DNA from: a bacterium BMS3Bbin13
Lineage (GTDB): Bacteria > Pseudomonadota > Gammaproteobacteria > 21-64-14
Direction of reading: 5' to 3'
DNA: 64,000 nucleotides
Assembly: GCA_002897735.1 (NCBI GenBank)
Contig: BDTW01000021.1
Span: forward strand, 70,813-134,812
A program made the position numbers and the translations under genes. Positions 63,720 to 64,000 of the stretch are shown in pieces. The notes under the pieces are model-generated. The model did no database searches. It saw only the letters and a list, made by a program, of their open reading frames with translations, and had not been told where the DNA came from. The first letter of the stretch is position 1. Every line of letters begins with the position of its first letter.

Positions 63720-64000
63720 ATGATTGCAGCGGAACTCTTCGTCAGGTGCCTCGAAAACGAGGGGGTCGAGTATGTATTCGGCCTGCCCGGCGAAGAGAAC
63801 CTGGACGTGCTCGACGCCCTGATCGACTCTCCGATACGGTTCGTCACCACGCGCCATGAGCAGGGCGCCGCATTCATGGCCGACGTCTACGGCCGTCTGA
63901 CCGGCCACGCCGGGGTGTGCCTCTCGACGTTGGGCCCGGGCGCCACCAATCTCATCACCGGTGTGGCCGACGCCAACATGGATCATGCGCCGCTGGTGGC
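63720..64000 (+). CDS. Thiamine-pyrophosphate enzyme, acetolactate-synthase-like large subunit; N-terminal part, continues beyond the window
   Basis: MIAAELFVRCLENEGVEYVFGLPGEENLDVLDAL…TRHEQGAAFMADVYGRLTG…GPGATNLITGVADA is the canonical TPP-enzyme N-terminal (Pyr) domain. Confidence 0.75.
   Translation, partial: MIAAELFVRCLENEGVEYVFGLPGEENLDVLDALIDSPIRFVTTRHEQGAAFMADVYGRLTGHAGVCLSTLGPGATNLITGVADANMDHAPLV

Overview
This is a high-GC (about 68-70%) gammaproteobacterial chromosomal window centred on the replication-origin gene neighbourhood. On the minus strand it carries dnaA-dnaN-gyrB, and on the plus strand rpmH-rnpA-yidD-yidC-mnmE, so genes diverge from the dnaA region. The rest is mostly conserved housekeeping:
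- ubiB (3' part), DJ-1, ctpA, envC, trxC-secB-gpsA, trmL, a pyrD-like gene.
- glnA-DUF4124-ntrB-ntrC, with a sigma54/NtrC-type glnA promoter.
- glyQS-mazG-gmhB-plsC, an MscK-like channel, rnd, metH.
- A complete ccmABCDEFGHI operon.
- A cobalamin riboswitch followed by btuB-tonB-pduO-type adenosyltransferase.
- pstS, engB, dsbA, and the 5' end of a TPP enzyme.
No rRNA, tRNA, CRISPR, transposase or integrase was recognised. Several less ordinary items stand out:
- An AT-rich island with inverted perfect DnaA boxes between dnaA and dnaN, a candidate oriC.
- An ArsR-family regulator with the two-cysteine spacing of SqrR/BigR persulfide sensors, next to a rhodanese and trxC.
- An apparent operon of a hypothetical protein, a divergent MnmA-like PP-loop ATPase, TusA and a CDF transporter just upstream of glnA.
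- A second TusA, a bactofilin with a methyltransferase-like partner, and an orphan DUF2384 (Xre/MbcA/ParS-type) antitoxin with no toxin.
- A NodU/CmcH-type carbamoyltransferase upstream of an ABC-2 exporter.
- REP-like palindromic repeats, a 24-bp perfect palindrome between metH and ccmA, and an orphan strong terminator upstream of engB that may mark an sRNA.
All calls rest on reading the six-frame translations and the raw sequence; no database search was possible.
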